NCBI GenBank assembly: GCA_021323865.1
Contig: JAJPKF010000019.1
Span: 130,747-194,746 of the forward strand
Direction: 5' to 3'
Length of the DNA: 64,000 bases
From: Pseudomonadota bacterium
GTDB lineage: Bacteria; Chloroflexota; UBA5177; JAJPKF01
The notes under the pieces are model-generated. The model searched no databases, had not been told where the DNA came from, and saw nothing but the letters and a program-made list of their open reading frames with translations. The position numbers and the translations under genes were made by a program. How positions within the stretch are numbered: position 1 is the stretch's first letter; each line of letters starts with the position of its first letter. Of this stretch, positions 40,271-50,529 are shown in pieces.

Positions 40271-41641
40271 ATGGGAACAGAACCGGCGACCGCGGATCAC
40301 GATGCGACAGACAAGTTCATCGACGGGCGGCTGGACCACTGGCTTGATCGGTTGGCGACGCTTGTCAACCAGCCCAGCATCTCGAGTCAGAACGTGGGTC
40401 TGGAGGCAACGGCCGACGTGGTGGCAGGCCTCCTTGAGGAATCCGGATTTGATGCCCGCGTGATGCCGTCCGACCCGTATCCTGTGGTCTACGCCGAAAG
40501 CAATGGATCCGGCGACCGGACGCTACTCTGCTACAACCACTACGACGTTCAGCCGCCGGAGCCTCTCGAGCTGTGGGACTCACCACCTTTCGAGGCAAGG
40601 CGCCGCAACGGCAAGATGTTCGGTCGCGGCATTCAGGACGATAAGGGACAGCTCATCTCACGTCTCGCCGCGATCGATGCGGTAAAGCGGACCTTGGGCG
40701 AGCTGCCGTGCCGGATCAAGTTCATCATTGAGGGCGGCGAAGAGATCGCAAGCCCTGGCGTGCCGGAATTTGTCCAGGAGAATCAGGACCTCCTGCAGGC
40801 CGATGCGTGCGTCTGGGAGACCGGAGGCGTGGGGTACGACGAGCGGCCCATCATCATCCTTGGTCTCCGTGGGATCTGTTACATCGAGCTCAGGGCTCGA
40901 GCGCTCAGCCGGGACGCGCACTCGGGTATGGCCCACGTGGTGCCGAATGCCGCTTGGCGCCTGATCTGGGCGCTCGTGAGCATCAAGGACCGGCAGGAGC
41001 ACATTCTGGTGGACGGCTTCTACGACGACGTCATTCCAGCCAGCGAGGCCGAACTGGCCATGCTCGACGCCCTTCCCGACGAGTGCGAGCGGACCTGCGC
41101 CTCGTACGGCATCCAGCATCTGCTACTCGGTCGCACGGGAGCGGAATCACGGCGGGAGGTCTTTTCCCCCACGGCCTCCGTCGACGGTCTAAGCGCGGGA
41201 TACGAGGGGCCAGGATCGAAGACGATCATACCGGCTGAGGCTATGGCCAAGATGGACTTCCGCCTCGTCCCGGACCAGGATCCGGTCGACATCTGCGAGA
41301 AGATTCGAGCGCATCTTCGCGCCGAGGGGTTCGAAGGGATCGAGGTCGAGTATCTTGGTGGCGAGCGGCCGGGACGAACACCGGTGGATGACCCCTTTGT
41401 TCAGATGACAATCGAGACGGCTCAGCAGGTCTACGGGTCAGCTCCCCGAGTCTCACCGCTCATGGGTGGTAGCGGGCCGGTCGCCCCCTTCCGTGACCAT
41501 CTCAGAGTGCCCGTAGTGACCCTCGGTATATCCCATCCCGATTCAATGGTTCACGGGCCAAACGAGCATATCCGGATCGATCAGTTCGTTCGAGGTACCC
41601 GCCATATGGCAAGGCTGGTCGAGCGGTTCGGCCGAGGTTAA
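40271..41641 (+). CDS. M20 family metallopeptidase (dipeptidase/ArgE/DapE-like)
   Basis: ATG 40271 after GGAAGGAGG; 'LLCYNHYDVQPP', 'GRGIQDDKGQL', 'EGGEEIAS' M20 metal-binding motifs. Confidence 0.8.
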   Translation: MGTEPATADHDATDKFIDGRLDHWLDRLATLVNQPSISSQNVGLEATADVVAGLLEESGFDARVMPSDPYPVVYAESNGSGDRTLLCYNHYDVQPPEPLELWDSPPFEARRRNGKMFGRGIQDDKGQLISRLAAIDAVKRTLGELPCRIKFIIEGGEEIASPGVPEFVQENQDLLQADACVWETGGVGYDERPIIILGLRGICYIELRARALSRDAHSGMAHVVPNAAWRLIWALVSIKDRQEHILVDGFYDDVIPASEAELAMLDALPDECERTCASYGIQHLLLGRTGAESRREVFSPTASVDGLSAGYEGPGSKTIIPAEAMAKMDFRLVPDQDPVDICEKIRAHLRAEGFEGIEVEYLGGERPGRTPVDDPFVQMTIETAQQVYGSAPRVSPLMGGSGPVAPFRDHLRVPVVTLGISHPDSMVHGPNEHIRIDQFVRGTRHMARLVERFGRG

Positions 41642-41683
41642 GCGAGGGTGAAGGCCAGCCCGGTCCCGCCGTTAAGTGGTCGA

Positions 41684-43267
41684 ATGGCTAACCGACTGCC
41701 CGATCGATTCAATGTGGCGACGTGGTTCGTCGATCGTTTGGTGGAGGAAGGCCGTGGCGACCACGTCGCCATCCTCTGTCAGGACCAGAGCCTCACCTAC
41801 GGGGAGGTTCTTCGCCAGGTCAACCGCACGGGAAACGTCCTCCGCCGGCTGGGCGTCGAGATCGAGAACCGGGTATTGATGATCCTTCCCGACTGTCCGC
41901 AGTTCGCAGAGGTGTTCTTCGCGACGATCAAGATCGGCGCTGTTCCGGTGCCGGTCAATACCCTGCTGACTGTGCGCGACTATACCTATATGCTTGAGAA
42001 CACGCGAGCGAAGGTGGCCGTCGTGCATGCCGACCTCCTGGACTCGGTCTTGCCGGCCCTGAAAGCCGCTTCGTATCTGAGGGATGTGGTGGTCGTGCCC
42101 GCCAGCAGCTCTCATCAGATTGAAGCTGCATCCGGCGGGCGTCTGAGGATGCAGCCGTACGAGACGCTCATCGCATCCGAAAGCGCCGAGCTTACCCCGG
42201 CGGACACCTGTAAGGACGACGTCGCATTCTGGCTGTACACCTCGGGGACCACGGGCTCGCCAAGTGCTGCCGTGCACCTCCATCACGACATGGTGGTGTG
42301 CGCCGAGCTGTTTGCCGGCGGGATTCTGGAGATTCAACCGGAGGACCGAACCTTCTCCGTGGCCAAGCTGTTCTTCGCCTATGGCCTGGGGAATGCCCTC
42401 TATTTCCCGTTCTCGGTCGGTGCGACCACCATTCTGCACCCCGGCCGCCCCGAGCCGGCGACCGTATTTGAGATCGTCCGCCGGCACCGTCCAACCATCT
42501 TCTATGGTGTGCCCACCTCCTACGCCGCCCTCCTTCACGAGACAGAACAGGGTGCGAACGCGGAGATGAGCTCGGTCCGTATCGCAACTTCAGCGGGTGA
42601 GCCGCTTCCGGCCAGCATCTTCCGTCGCTGGCGGGATCGATTCGGCGTCGAGATCCTCGACGGAATCGGTACCACGGAGGTGCTCCACATGTTCATCGCC
42701 AACCGCCGGGGCGAAGTCCGGCCCGGATCGAGCGGCAAGCCGGTTTCCGGCTATGAGGTCAGGGTCCTGGACGACGAAGACCGGCCGGTGAAGGCGGGTG
42801 AGATCGGTAACCTGTTGGTCGCGGGAGACAGCACCTGCGCCGCGTACTGGAATCGACATGAGGTGACAAAGGCCGCGATTCAGGGCGAGTGGATTCGAAC
42901 CCGCGACAAGTATCACTTTGACGAAGACGGCTATTACTGGTACGAAGGTCGAAGCGACGACATGCTGAAGGTCGGTGGGATTTGGGTGTCTCCGACCGAA
43001 GTGGAGCAGGCGGTGATCGAACATCCCGCGGTGCTGGAGTGTGCGGTGGTGGGTGTTTCCGATGCCGATGGCCTGATCCGCCCAAAGGCGGTCGTGGTGC
43101 TGAAGGACCCCTCAAAGGCCACAGACGAGCTGGCACGGGAGATTCAGGCGTTTGTGAAGGACCGGCTTGCGCCATACAAGTATCCACGCATCGTCGAGTT
43201 CGCGCCTGAACTGCCGAAAACCGCGACCGGCAAGATTCAGCGATACAAGCTTCGCCAGGCTCCCTGA
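41684..43267 (+). CDS. AMP-dependent synthetase/ligase, benzoate-CoA ligase family (aryl-CoA ligase)
   Basis: ATG 41684; AMP-binding motif 'LYTSGTTGSPSAA', C-terminal 'PKTATGKIQRYKLRQ'. Confidence 0.8.
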   Translation: MANRLPDRFNVATWFVDRLVEEGRGDHVAILCQDQSLTYGEVLRQVNRTGNVLRRLGVEIENRVLMILPDCPQFAEVFFATIKIGAVPVPVNTLLTVRDYTYMLENTRAKVAVVHADLLDSVLPALKAASYLRDVVVVPASSSHQIEAASGGRLRMQPYETLIASESAELTPADTCKDDVAFWLYTSGTTGSPSAAVHLHHDMVVCAELFAGGILEIQPEDRTFSVAKLFFAYGLGNALYFPFSVGATTILHPGRPEPATVFEIVRRHRPTIFYGVPTSYAALLHETEQGANAEMSSVRIATSAGEPLPASIFRRWRDRFGVEILDGIGTTEVLHMFIANRRGEVRPGSSGKPVSGYEVRVLDDEDRPVKAGEIGNLLVAGDSTCAAYWNRHEVTKAAIQGEWIRTRDKYHFDEDGYYWYEGRSDDMLKVGGIWVSPTEVEQAVIEHPAVLECAVVGVSDADGLIRPKAVVVLKDPSKATDELAREIQAFVKDRLAPYKYPRIVEFAPELPKTATGKIQRYKLRQAP

Positions 43268-43308
43268 GTCATCGTTGTTGAAACCTTCGGGTGTGCGCGC
43301 ATAACAAT

Positions 43309-43334
43309 GAGGTTCCGGCCAGTGCCGGAACCTC
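43309..43334. terminator. hairpin between convergent genes (candidate bidirectional terminator)
   Basis: GAGGTTCCGGC-CAGT-GCCGGAACCTC, 11-bp perfect stem; flanked by longer-range inverted repeat AACCTTCG…CGAAGGTT. Confidence 0.45.
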
Positions 43335-43360
43335 TGAGAAGTGCGGGTCCTCGAAGGTTA

Positions 43361-43780
43361 CTAGGCTCCCTTGGTGACCGCCTCGGTTGCCTTGTGAGCC
43401 GCATCGGGGCCGTTAGCTGACTGGACGAGGTTGCCGTGGCTGAGAACGCCGACCAACCGGCCGTTGTCAACCACCACAAGCCGGCGAATCTGCTCGTTCG
43501 CCATACGGTCTGCAGCCTGCTTCAGATCGTCATCGGGCGAGACGGACTCGACGTGGGGCGTCATCACGTGGCTGACGCTCTCCTGAAGCAGCCCGTCATG
43601 GCCCTCGGCAACGCAGCCGACCACGATATCTCGGTCCGTCACCACACCGACCAGCTCGTCACCCTCGACGATGGGCACGAAGCCGACATCCTCGGACTTC
43701 ATGATTGAAGCGACGCGCTGAATGCTATCGCCTGGATTGGCGGTGGAAACAGATGTCGTCATGGCGTCTCTAACCTTCAT
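43361..43780 (-). CDS. CBS domain pair protein
   Basis: ATG 43780 preceded by GGAGGA RBS; two CBS motifs ('GFVPIVEGDELVGVVTDRDI', 'RLVVVDNGRLVGVLSHGNLV'). Confidence 0.75.
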   Translation of the reverse strand: MKVRDAMTTSVSTANPGDSIQRVASIMKSEDVGFVPIVEGDELVGVVTDRDIVVGCVAEGHDGLLQESVSHVMTPHVESVSPDDDLKQAADRMANEQIRRLVVVDNGRLVGVLSHGNLVQSANGPDAAHKATEAVTKGA

Positions 43781-43892
43781 GTTGTCCTCCTGAGACATAT
43801 TCGATCTTCGGCCTGCGACGACAATGGGCGCATGGATCATGCCATCGACAGGCACTTCGGAATGCGATCAACAGAGCCGGACGGGAGGAGCA

Positions 43893-43933
43893 GGGCCAAA
43901 AATAGGCGCTCCCCTAAGTGGGGAGCGCCTATT
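43893..43933 (-). terminator. rho-independent terminator of lon
   Basis: AATAGGCGCTCCCC-TAAGT-GGGGAGCGCCTATT 14-bp stem; minus strand followed by TTTTTGG. Confidence 0.65.
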
Positions 43934-43956
43934 GAGGTGTACTGCGCTGAGGTGGC

Positions 43957-46422
43957 TTAGGCGGCGCCAGGCGTCGGAGGCGTGGGCGCCTGCCAGCCCG
44001 CATCGATGCCCGGCATGAGGATGGCGTCGAAGTGAGCGTACTTGATGAGATCGGAGGCGGCGGGTCGCTCGAGCAGCGCCTGAGCCAGAACCTCTTCCAT
44101 GGTGTCGACCGGAATGACGGTCAGCTCGTTCCGAACATCCTCAGGAACCTCTTCCAGGTCCTTCAGATTCTTCTTGGGCATCAGGACGGTTCGGATGCCG
44201 GCGCGGTGGGCGGCCAGAGTCTTGTCCTTCAGGCCGCCGATCGGCAGGACGTTCCCGCGGAGCGTAACCTCTCCCGTCATGGCAACGTCGCGGCGAACCG
44301 GACGCGCCGTGAACGCGCTTACGAGGGCCGTGGCGAGAGCGATTCCCGCCGAAGGCCCTTCCTTGGGGATGGCGCCGGCAGGAACGTGGACATGAATGGC
44401 ATGGTTGTCGAAGGCGGTTGGATTGATGCCCAGGTCACGCGCACGTGAGTGGACGTAGCTCATGGCCGCCCGGGCTGACTCCTGCATGACGTCGCCCAGC
44501 TGGCCACTGAGGATGAAGTTCGGTTTGCCATCCATGAGGGTCACCTCGACGGACATGATGTCGCCGCCGTATTCGCTGACGCTCAGGCCAGTGGCCACGC
44601 CAATCTCGTCGTTTTCCTCGGCCATGCCCCAGTCGAAGCGGGGCGCCTTCAGGAAGTCCGCGACGCCGTCGGCGTCGACAACAATCTCCTCTGCCCCATG
44701 CTCCACGAAGCGACGGGCCAGCTTCCGACAGATGGTTGCGATCTCGCGCTCCAGCTGCCGAACCCCGGCTTCCCGCGTGTATTCACGGATGATGAGCCGC
44801 ATCGCCGCCTCGGTGACGGTCAGCTGCTCCTCAGTGATGCCGTGGAAGCGTCGCTGCTTGGGAACCAGGAAGTCGAGGCCGATACGCAGCTTCTCTTCCT
44901 CGGTGTACCCGGGTAGCTCGATCACCTCCATGCGGTCTCTCAGAGCCGGCGGGATGGTGTGCAGGACGTTGGCGGTCGTGATGAAGAGCACCTTCGTTAG
45001 GTCGAAGGGCACTTCGAGATAATGGTCGGCGAAGTCCGAGTTCTGTTCTGGATCGAGAACCTCCAGCAGAGCCGCGGAAGGGTCACCCCGAAAGTCGGCG
45101 CCAACCTTGTCGATCTCGTCGAGCATGATGACGGGATTATTGGAGCCGGCCTGGCGGATGGCCTGAACGATGCGTCCCGGCAGCGAGCCGATGTAGGTGC
45201 GGCGGTGGCCGCGGATCTCCGCCTCGTCGTGCACGCCGCCAAGCGACATGCGGGCAAACTTGCGGTTCAGGGCAGTGGCCACAGACTTTCCGAGCGAGGT
45301 CTTGCCGACGCCGGGTGGTCCCACCAGACAGATGATCGGGCTGCGCAGCTCTGTCGACAACTGGCGGACCGCCAGGTGCTCGAGCACACGCTCCTTGACC
45401 TTCTCCAGTCCATAGTGGTCGCTGTCGAGCTGTTGCGCCGCAGCTGTGATGTCAAGCTGGTCATCGGTGCTGATTGACCAGGGCATGCCGACCAGCCAGT
45501 CGAGATACGTGCGAATCATGCCGACCTCGGGCGAAGCCGCGGGCATCTTTTCGAGACGCCCAACCTCCTTCTCGGCCTTCTCACGTACCTTCTCGGGCAT
45601 ATTGGCTTCTTTGATCTTCTCGCGCCACTCCTCGGCCTCGGCGGCCTCGGCGTCGAGCTCGCCCAGCTCTCGCTGAATCTCCTTCATCTGCTCCCGAAGC
45701 AGATACTCACGCTGGGTCTTGTCGATGTTCTTCTGGACCTCAGAGCTAATGCGCGTCTTGAGGTCGAGCATCTCGACCTGCTTGCTCAGAAACTGGCTGG
45801 CAAGTCGAAGGCGCTCAGGAATGTCCAGGGTTAGGAAGAGGTGCTTCCGCTCCTCGGACTCCAGCTCGGGAACACAGGCCACCAGATCGGCCAGATAACC
45901 GGGATCGGTTATCTCGCGGACGGAGCCGGGTGACAAGGGATCCGCGGGCACGTTCCCCCGGAGCTGAACGTACTTAGTGATCATTTCCTTGAGGGAGTCC
46001 ATGAGAGCGCTGAGCTCTAGCGAACTCTCGGCCTCCTCTCGGATGGGGGCAAACTCGACCTCCAAGTAGGGGTCGGTTTGTGTGTAGTTCAGCAGGCGGA
46101 CACGGTACTCTCCCTGGGCAAGAAGATGGACCCCGCCGTCGGGCATGCGAACCATGGGACCGATGGTGGCGACAACGCCCATCGGCATGAGGTCGGCCGG
46201 AGAGACGTCGTGTTTCTCGGAGTCGGTTTGAGTGACGAGCACGATGCGCTGCGGCTTGGACTTGACTGCCGCTTCAACGGCCTGAAGTGATGTCTTCCTG
46301 CTCACCTGGAGAGGCGCCATCATGCGGGGGAAGACGATCAGATCGAAGAGTGGTACGACCGGCAGACGCTCGATGTTTGGCTCGGACTTTTCTGCCGAAG
46401 CCTGCGCGTCCCGTGTGGACAT
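43957..46422 (-). CDS. lon: ATP-dependent Lon protease
   Basis: 821 aa; LON N-domain, AAA+ 'GPPGVGKTS', C-terminal protease domain with '[15 protein letters not shown]' Ser site. Confidence 0.95.
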   Translation of the reverse strand: MSTRDAQASAEKSEPNIERLPVVPLFDLIVFPRMMAPLQVSRKTSLQAVEAAVKSKPQRIVLVTQTDSEKHDVSPADLMPMGVVATIGPMVRMPDGGVHLLAQGEYRVRLLNYTQTDPYLEVEFAPIREEAESSLELSALMDSLKEMITKYVQLRGNVPADPLSPGSVREITDPGYLADLVACVPELESEERKHLFLTLDIPERLRLASQFLSKQVEMLDLKTRISSEVQKNIDKTQREYLLREQMKEIQRELGELDAEAAEAEEWREKIKEANMPEKVREKAEKEVGRLEKMPAASPEVGMIRTYLDWLVGMPWSISTDDQLDITAAAQQLDSDHYGLEKVKERVLEHLAVRQLSTELRSPIICLVGPPGVGKTSLGKSVATALNRKFARMSLGGVHDEAEIRGHRRTYIGSLPGRIVQAIRQAGSNNPVIMLDEIDKVGADFRGDPSAALLEVLDPEQNSDFADHYLEVPFDLTKVLFITTANVLHTIPPALRDRMEVIELPGYTEEEKLRIGLDFLVPKQRRFHGITEEQLTVTEAAMRLIIREYTREAGVRQLEREIATICRKLARRFVEHGAEEIVVDADGVADFLKAPRFDWGMAEENDEIGVATGLSVSEYGGDIMSVEVTLMDGKPNFILSGQLGDVMQESARAAMSYVHSRARDLGINPTAFDNHAIHVHVPAGAIPKEGPSAGIALATALVSAFTARPVRRDVAMTGEVTLRGNVLPIGGLKDKTLAAHRAGIRTVLMPKKNLKDLEEVPEDVRNELTVIPVDTMEEVLAQALLERPAASDLIKYAHFDAILMPGIDAGWQAPTPPTPGAA

Positions 46423-46766
46423 GTATGCCTCGTATGGGAATTTCGTGGAAAGTGAAGGCCGGTCCTTGGGTTCCCTCAGTATAGGAATGGGTTCCCCAAG
46501 GAGGAGGCCACCACACCTCGTGGCTTAGTATAGCACTGGAAAGGCTCTTTAGCCCACAACTATAAAGGTTTTGTTACGATCGGTTACCGGAAGCGATGTC
46601 GCCCGGAGCCGTTTTAACTCCATCCAGTGTCAACAGACACGCTCTCGGCACCATAGGATTTCCAGGTACTGGCCGCGACGGAACAGAGTTTCGCGCCACG
46701 ATCGCGGCGTGTCGTGGCCGGCTTTGTGCCCGATCGAGGTCTCTGTCTCGCCAGGGGGGCAACCGG

Positions 46767-47807
46767 CTAGCGAATCAGGATGTGGCCGGGGTCCCCTTCG
46801 AGCGCGTGACCGATGACAACGCCGAGATCGCCGCTCTTCTCCAGGTCCGCTTTGAGCCGCTGCGCCGCCTCGGCGGGCGACGCAAGCAGCAGCCCGCCCG
46901 AGGTTTGAGGGTCCGTGAGCAGCGTCAGCAGCTCCCCAGGTAGAGACGGGTCGAAGACGACCCGCTCCAGCACGAACTCCTCGTTCGTGCGGCCCCCCAT
47001 CGGAATAAAACCGCGGCGTGCATAGTCGAGCGCACCCGGCAACAGGGGAACGGCCCTGCCTTGGAGCTCGAAGCGAATCCCGCTGGCCCGACCCATCTCA
47101 CTGAGATGGCCGAGCAATCCGTAACCGGTGATGTCGGTGGCGGCATGTACTTCAGCTCGAAGCATCGCGCTCGAGGCTCGATTGTTCAGCCGCGTCATCC
47201 ACCCAACGGCCGCCTCGACATGGGTGGCGAGTGCAGCTTCGGCCTTCAAGGCCGTTGCAATGACGCCGGTCCCGAGAGGCTTCGTGAGGATCAATAGGTC
47301 GCCCGCCTGGGCCGTCGACGGAAGCACCAGCCGGTCTGGATGCGCCGTCCCGGTCACTGCCAGCCCGTACAGTGGCTCCTGGCCTTCGACCGTGTGGCCG
47401 CCGATGATAGACACGCCGGCCTCCTGAGCCTTCTCCGAGCCGCCGCGCAGGATCTCGCCGAGGATCTCCATGGGCACAGAGGTGGCCGGAAAAACCACGA
47501 TGTTCAGGGCCGTTAGGGGTTGAGTCCCCATGGCGTAGAGATCGCTCAGCGAGTTGGCGACGGCGATCTGGCCGTATGTGAACGGATCATCCACCACGGG
47601 CGTAAAGAAATCGGTGCTCTGAACAAGAGCAAGATCGTCCCGAAGCCGGTACACGCCGGCATCGTCCGCGAGGTCGGGTCCTGCGAGCACACGCGGATCA
47701 GTAAGGGTGGGTAAGTCGCGCAGCACGTGCGCGAGGCGGGAGATGCTAACCTTGCCGGCTCAACCCGCGCACGCGACGAGACTCGTCAGCCTGATCTCGT
47801 CTGCCAT
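46767..47807 (-). CDS. selD: selenide, water dikinase (selenophosphate synthetase) containing in-frame UGA selenocysteine codon at 47760..47762
   Basis: ORF track begins at GTG 47726, but the upstream in-frame sequence reads MADEIRLTSLVACAG-TGA-AGKVSISRLAHV…, matching the SelD active-site loop (E. coli 'GAGCGCK'); ATG 47807 preceded by GGAGGT RBS; rest of protein collinear with SelD (AIR synthase-like domains). Confidence 0.75.
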
Positions 47808-47999
47808 CTGATCACCTCCCTTCGTAACGTTCTCGCGAGAGATTTGCGGGCAGTCCGCCGTCACCGTTCACGCTTCTCATTCTGGACCGGACAATCGAGC
47901 GGTAGGCTCGGAGACCGTCCTATAGCTGAGATGTCTGCCATTGCACCTGGCCCCGTTTCAACGAGAATCCAACAACACGTAGCGACCGAAAGGGAAGAT

Positions 48000-48536
48000 A
48001 TGGCCAGAATCGAACCGGTCGATCCCAATGGAGCGTCTCCCACCCAGCGAGCGAGTCTCGCGGCAATCGTCGGGCGGGTCACCAATATGAAGCGCACGTT
48101 GGCGCACTCGCGGGTTGCGCTCGATGCGCTCATGCAGTGGTATCCGCTGCAGGAAGCCGTAATGCCATTCTTGGGTGCCAGGGCAACGTCCCTCTTTTGC
48201 CGCGCAATCTCGGCGCAGAACTCCTGTCTGATCTGCTCGTCCTATTTCCGCCGTGAGCTCGTGGAGAGTGGAGAGGATCCGGACAACCTCCATCTGTCAG
48301 AGCTGGAGCGGGTGGTTGTCGACTTCGGGTACCAGCTGGCTCGCGACCCGCATGCTGTGGACGACGACCTCTACACCGGGCTCGCCACCCATTTCTCGGA
48401 CGAGCAGATCGTCACCCTAACGGCCTTCGGAGCGCTGATGATTGCGACCAACGTGTTCAACGACGCGCTTCGAGTGGATCTCGACGCGGATCTGGAACCG
48501 TTCCGGGCTGAGCCCTCGGAGGTCCGGATTGGGTGA
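48000..48536 (+). CDS. carboxymuconolactone decarboxylase (CMD/AhpD-like) family protein
   Basis: ATG 48000 after GAAAGGGAAG; AhpD-like helical fold pattern with 'SCLICSSYF' CxxC; divergent from selD. Confidence 0.6.
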   Translation: MARIEPVDPNGASPTQRASLAAIVGRVTNMKRTLAHSRVALDALMQWYPLQEAVMPFLGARATSLFCRAISAQNSCLICSSYFRRELVESGEDPDNLHLSELERVVVDFGYQLARDPHAVDDDLYTGLATHFSDEQIVTLTAFGALMIATNVFNDALRVDLDADLEPFRAEPSEVRIG

Positions 48537-49332
48537 TCTCGAGGGTAGGGTCGCTTTCATCACCGGTGCAGCTCACGGCCAGGGCCGTGCGACCGCCATC
48601 GCCATGGCTCGTGCCGGCGCTCACATCGCTGCCCTTGACGTGGCGAAACCGTTGCCCTATCCCGGCTATGGTTTGGGAACCACCCAGGATCTTGAATCAT
48701 TACGGAAAGAGATTGAACGCTTGGGTCGAAGTTGTTTCGTCCACGCCGGAGACGTGCGTGACGACGAGGCGGTGTCTGCTGCAGTTCGAGAGACCCAGGC
48801 CCGTCATGAGCGGATCGACATTCTTTTCAACAATGCCGGCATCTGTGGCTATGGGCTCGCTCACGAGCTGTCTGAAGAGGCATGGGACGCAACGCTCGGC
48901 ATCAATCTCAAGGGCGCGTGGCTGGTGGCCCGACGGATCATCCCCATCATGATGGGGCAGCGTTCTGGAGTGATTCTGAACAACTCGTCAGTAGCAGGAC
49001 TTCGTGGCATGGCTAGGCTTGGCCACTACGCTGCATCGAAGTGGGGCCTTGTCGGACTCACCAAGTCATGGGCCATCGAGCTGGCGCCATACAACATCCG
49101 TGTCAATTCGCTGCATCCGACCGGCGTCGATACTCCGCTGAACGAGGGGCTGGCCCAGCTCGAGGGGACGACACCGGAGGAGATCGGGGAGCGATCGGCG
49201 GGCAACTTGCTCTCGGTCCCCTGGATCGAGCCTGAGGACGTCGCGGAAATGGCCGTCTTTCTCGCTTCCGACCGTGCCCGCTACATCACGGGGAGCCAGA
49301 TCCCAGTGGACGCGGGGCTGTTGACGCGATAA
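48529..49332 (+). CDS. SDR family oxidoreductase, LimC/carveol-dehydrogenase-like subfamily (tightly bound NAD type)
   Basis: TTG 48529 after GGAGG; 'VAFITGAAHGQGRATAIAMARAGAHI' signature, 'YAASKWG' catalytic YxxxK. Confidence 0.75.
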   Translation: MGDLEGRVAFITGAAHGQGRATAIAMARAGAHIAALDVAKPLPYPGYGLGTTQDLESLRKEIERLGRSCFVHAGDVRDDEAVSAAVRETQARHERIDILFNNAGICGYGLAHELSEEAWDATLGINLKGAWLVARRIIPIMMGQRSGVILNNSSVAGLRGMARLGHYAASKWGLVGLTKSWAIELAPYNIRVNSLHPTGVDTPLNEGLAQLEGTTPEEIGERSAGNLLSVPWIEPEDVAEMAVFLASDRARYITGSQIPVDAGLLTR

Positions 49333-49430
49333 CCTGGTCTCGAACAACTCGCGCTGATCGTGTGAGCGGGTGAGACGTGAGTTGGAGAGTCGATGGCGCT
49401 CGAGCTCTGCGAGATAGGAGTCGCAGTACG

Positions 49431-50486
49431 TCAGCTGTCACTCATAGACTGGTGGTCGATACGGCCTCGATGAAAGTCGACCACGGCCTCGACGAGTGGT
49501 CCGGCTCCAAATCGGAAGGTGTCGGTTGCCGGCAGGGCCGTTTCGGCGCCAATCGATGCCACCGTGGCGCGTGCGGCGGTCTCTGAAAGCCCGAGGGTGT
49601 TCACGGCCACGCCGATGACGGCGGCCGGATGGATCCAGCCGGCCGCGGCCTCGTGCATCTCGATCAGCTCGAGCGCCGAGGGGATGTCAACCGTGTAGTC
49701 CTCGATGTAATCTCGCGCCGGCATGACCGTCAAGATCATGGCATCAGGCTGGGAGCCGTGGATCAGGGCCAGTGTCACACCCGAATAGGCGGGATGAAGC
49801 AGTGAGCCTTGGCCCTCCACCAGAACGATGTCATGCTTCTCGGACGCTCTCAGAACCTCCTGCTCAATCGCCCCCGCCATGAAGTCGCCGACGACCCGAT
49901 CCAGCGGAACGCCGTTACCTGCGATCATCATGCCCGTTTGTCCCGTGGCCAGGAACACGGCATCGGTACCCCGATCTTTTGCCTCACGCTCGATGTCGAG
50001 TGCCACCGACATTTTGCCCACGGCACAATCACTTCCCACGAAGGTGATCACCGTGCTTGCGGATCGGTGGCTCTGGCCGGTCGCAACCTCAGTCAAGGTG
50101 GGAGGCTTTCGCACATCCACCAGGTCGGTTCCAGCATCCGCGGCGGCTGTTGCCAGCTCCGGATCGTCGGCCAGGAACTGATGGAGCCCTGAGACTACCG
50201 TTAGGCCGGCCCTGATCGCCTGCAGAACGACCCGCCTCCACTCAGGAGGGAGCATTCCGCCCCGGGTGGCCACACCGATCAGTAGCGTGTCCGGCCGGTG
50301 GTGCATAGCGGCGTCGAGCGTCGAGACGATCGGCGTGCTACCGCCCAGACCCACCACCTCACCCGTGGTCTTCCCCGCGTTCGATCCGTCAATCAGGGCA
50401 ACGACTTCATCCGTCCGATAGCGCAAGATGCCCATGGCAGTCTTGCCGAAGTGGAAGTCGAGGTGGCCGTCGGCCAGCACCGCCAC
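49431..50486 (-). CDS. DUF1611 domain-containing protein
   Basis: 351 aa; N-terminal Rossmann-like plus C-terminal P-loop-like 'VGSDCAVGKMS' arrangement typical of DUF1611. Confidence 0.55.
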   Translation of the reverse strand: MAVLADGHLDFHFGKTAMGILRYRTDEVVALIDGSNAGKTTGEVVGLGGSTPIVSTLDAAMHHRPDTLLIGVATRGGMLPPEWRRVVLQAIRAGLTVVSGLHQFLADDPELATAAADAGTDLVDVRKPPTLTEVATGQSHRSASTVITFVGSDCAVGKMSVALDIEREAKDRGTDAVFLATGQTGMMIAGNGVPLDRVVGDFMAGAIEQEVLRASEKHDIVLVEGQGSLLHPAYSGVTLALIHGSQPDAMILTVMPARDYIEDYTVDIPSALELIEMHEAAAGWIHPAAVIGVAVNTLGLSETAARATVASIGAETALPATDTFRFGAGPLVEAVVDFHRGRIDHQSMSDS

Positions 50487-50529
50487 CCGCCGGCCCTCCA
50501 GTGATTTGATGGCTGGCTGTCTCCTTCTG

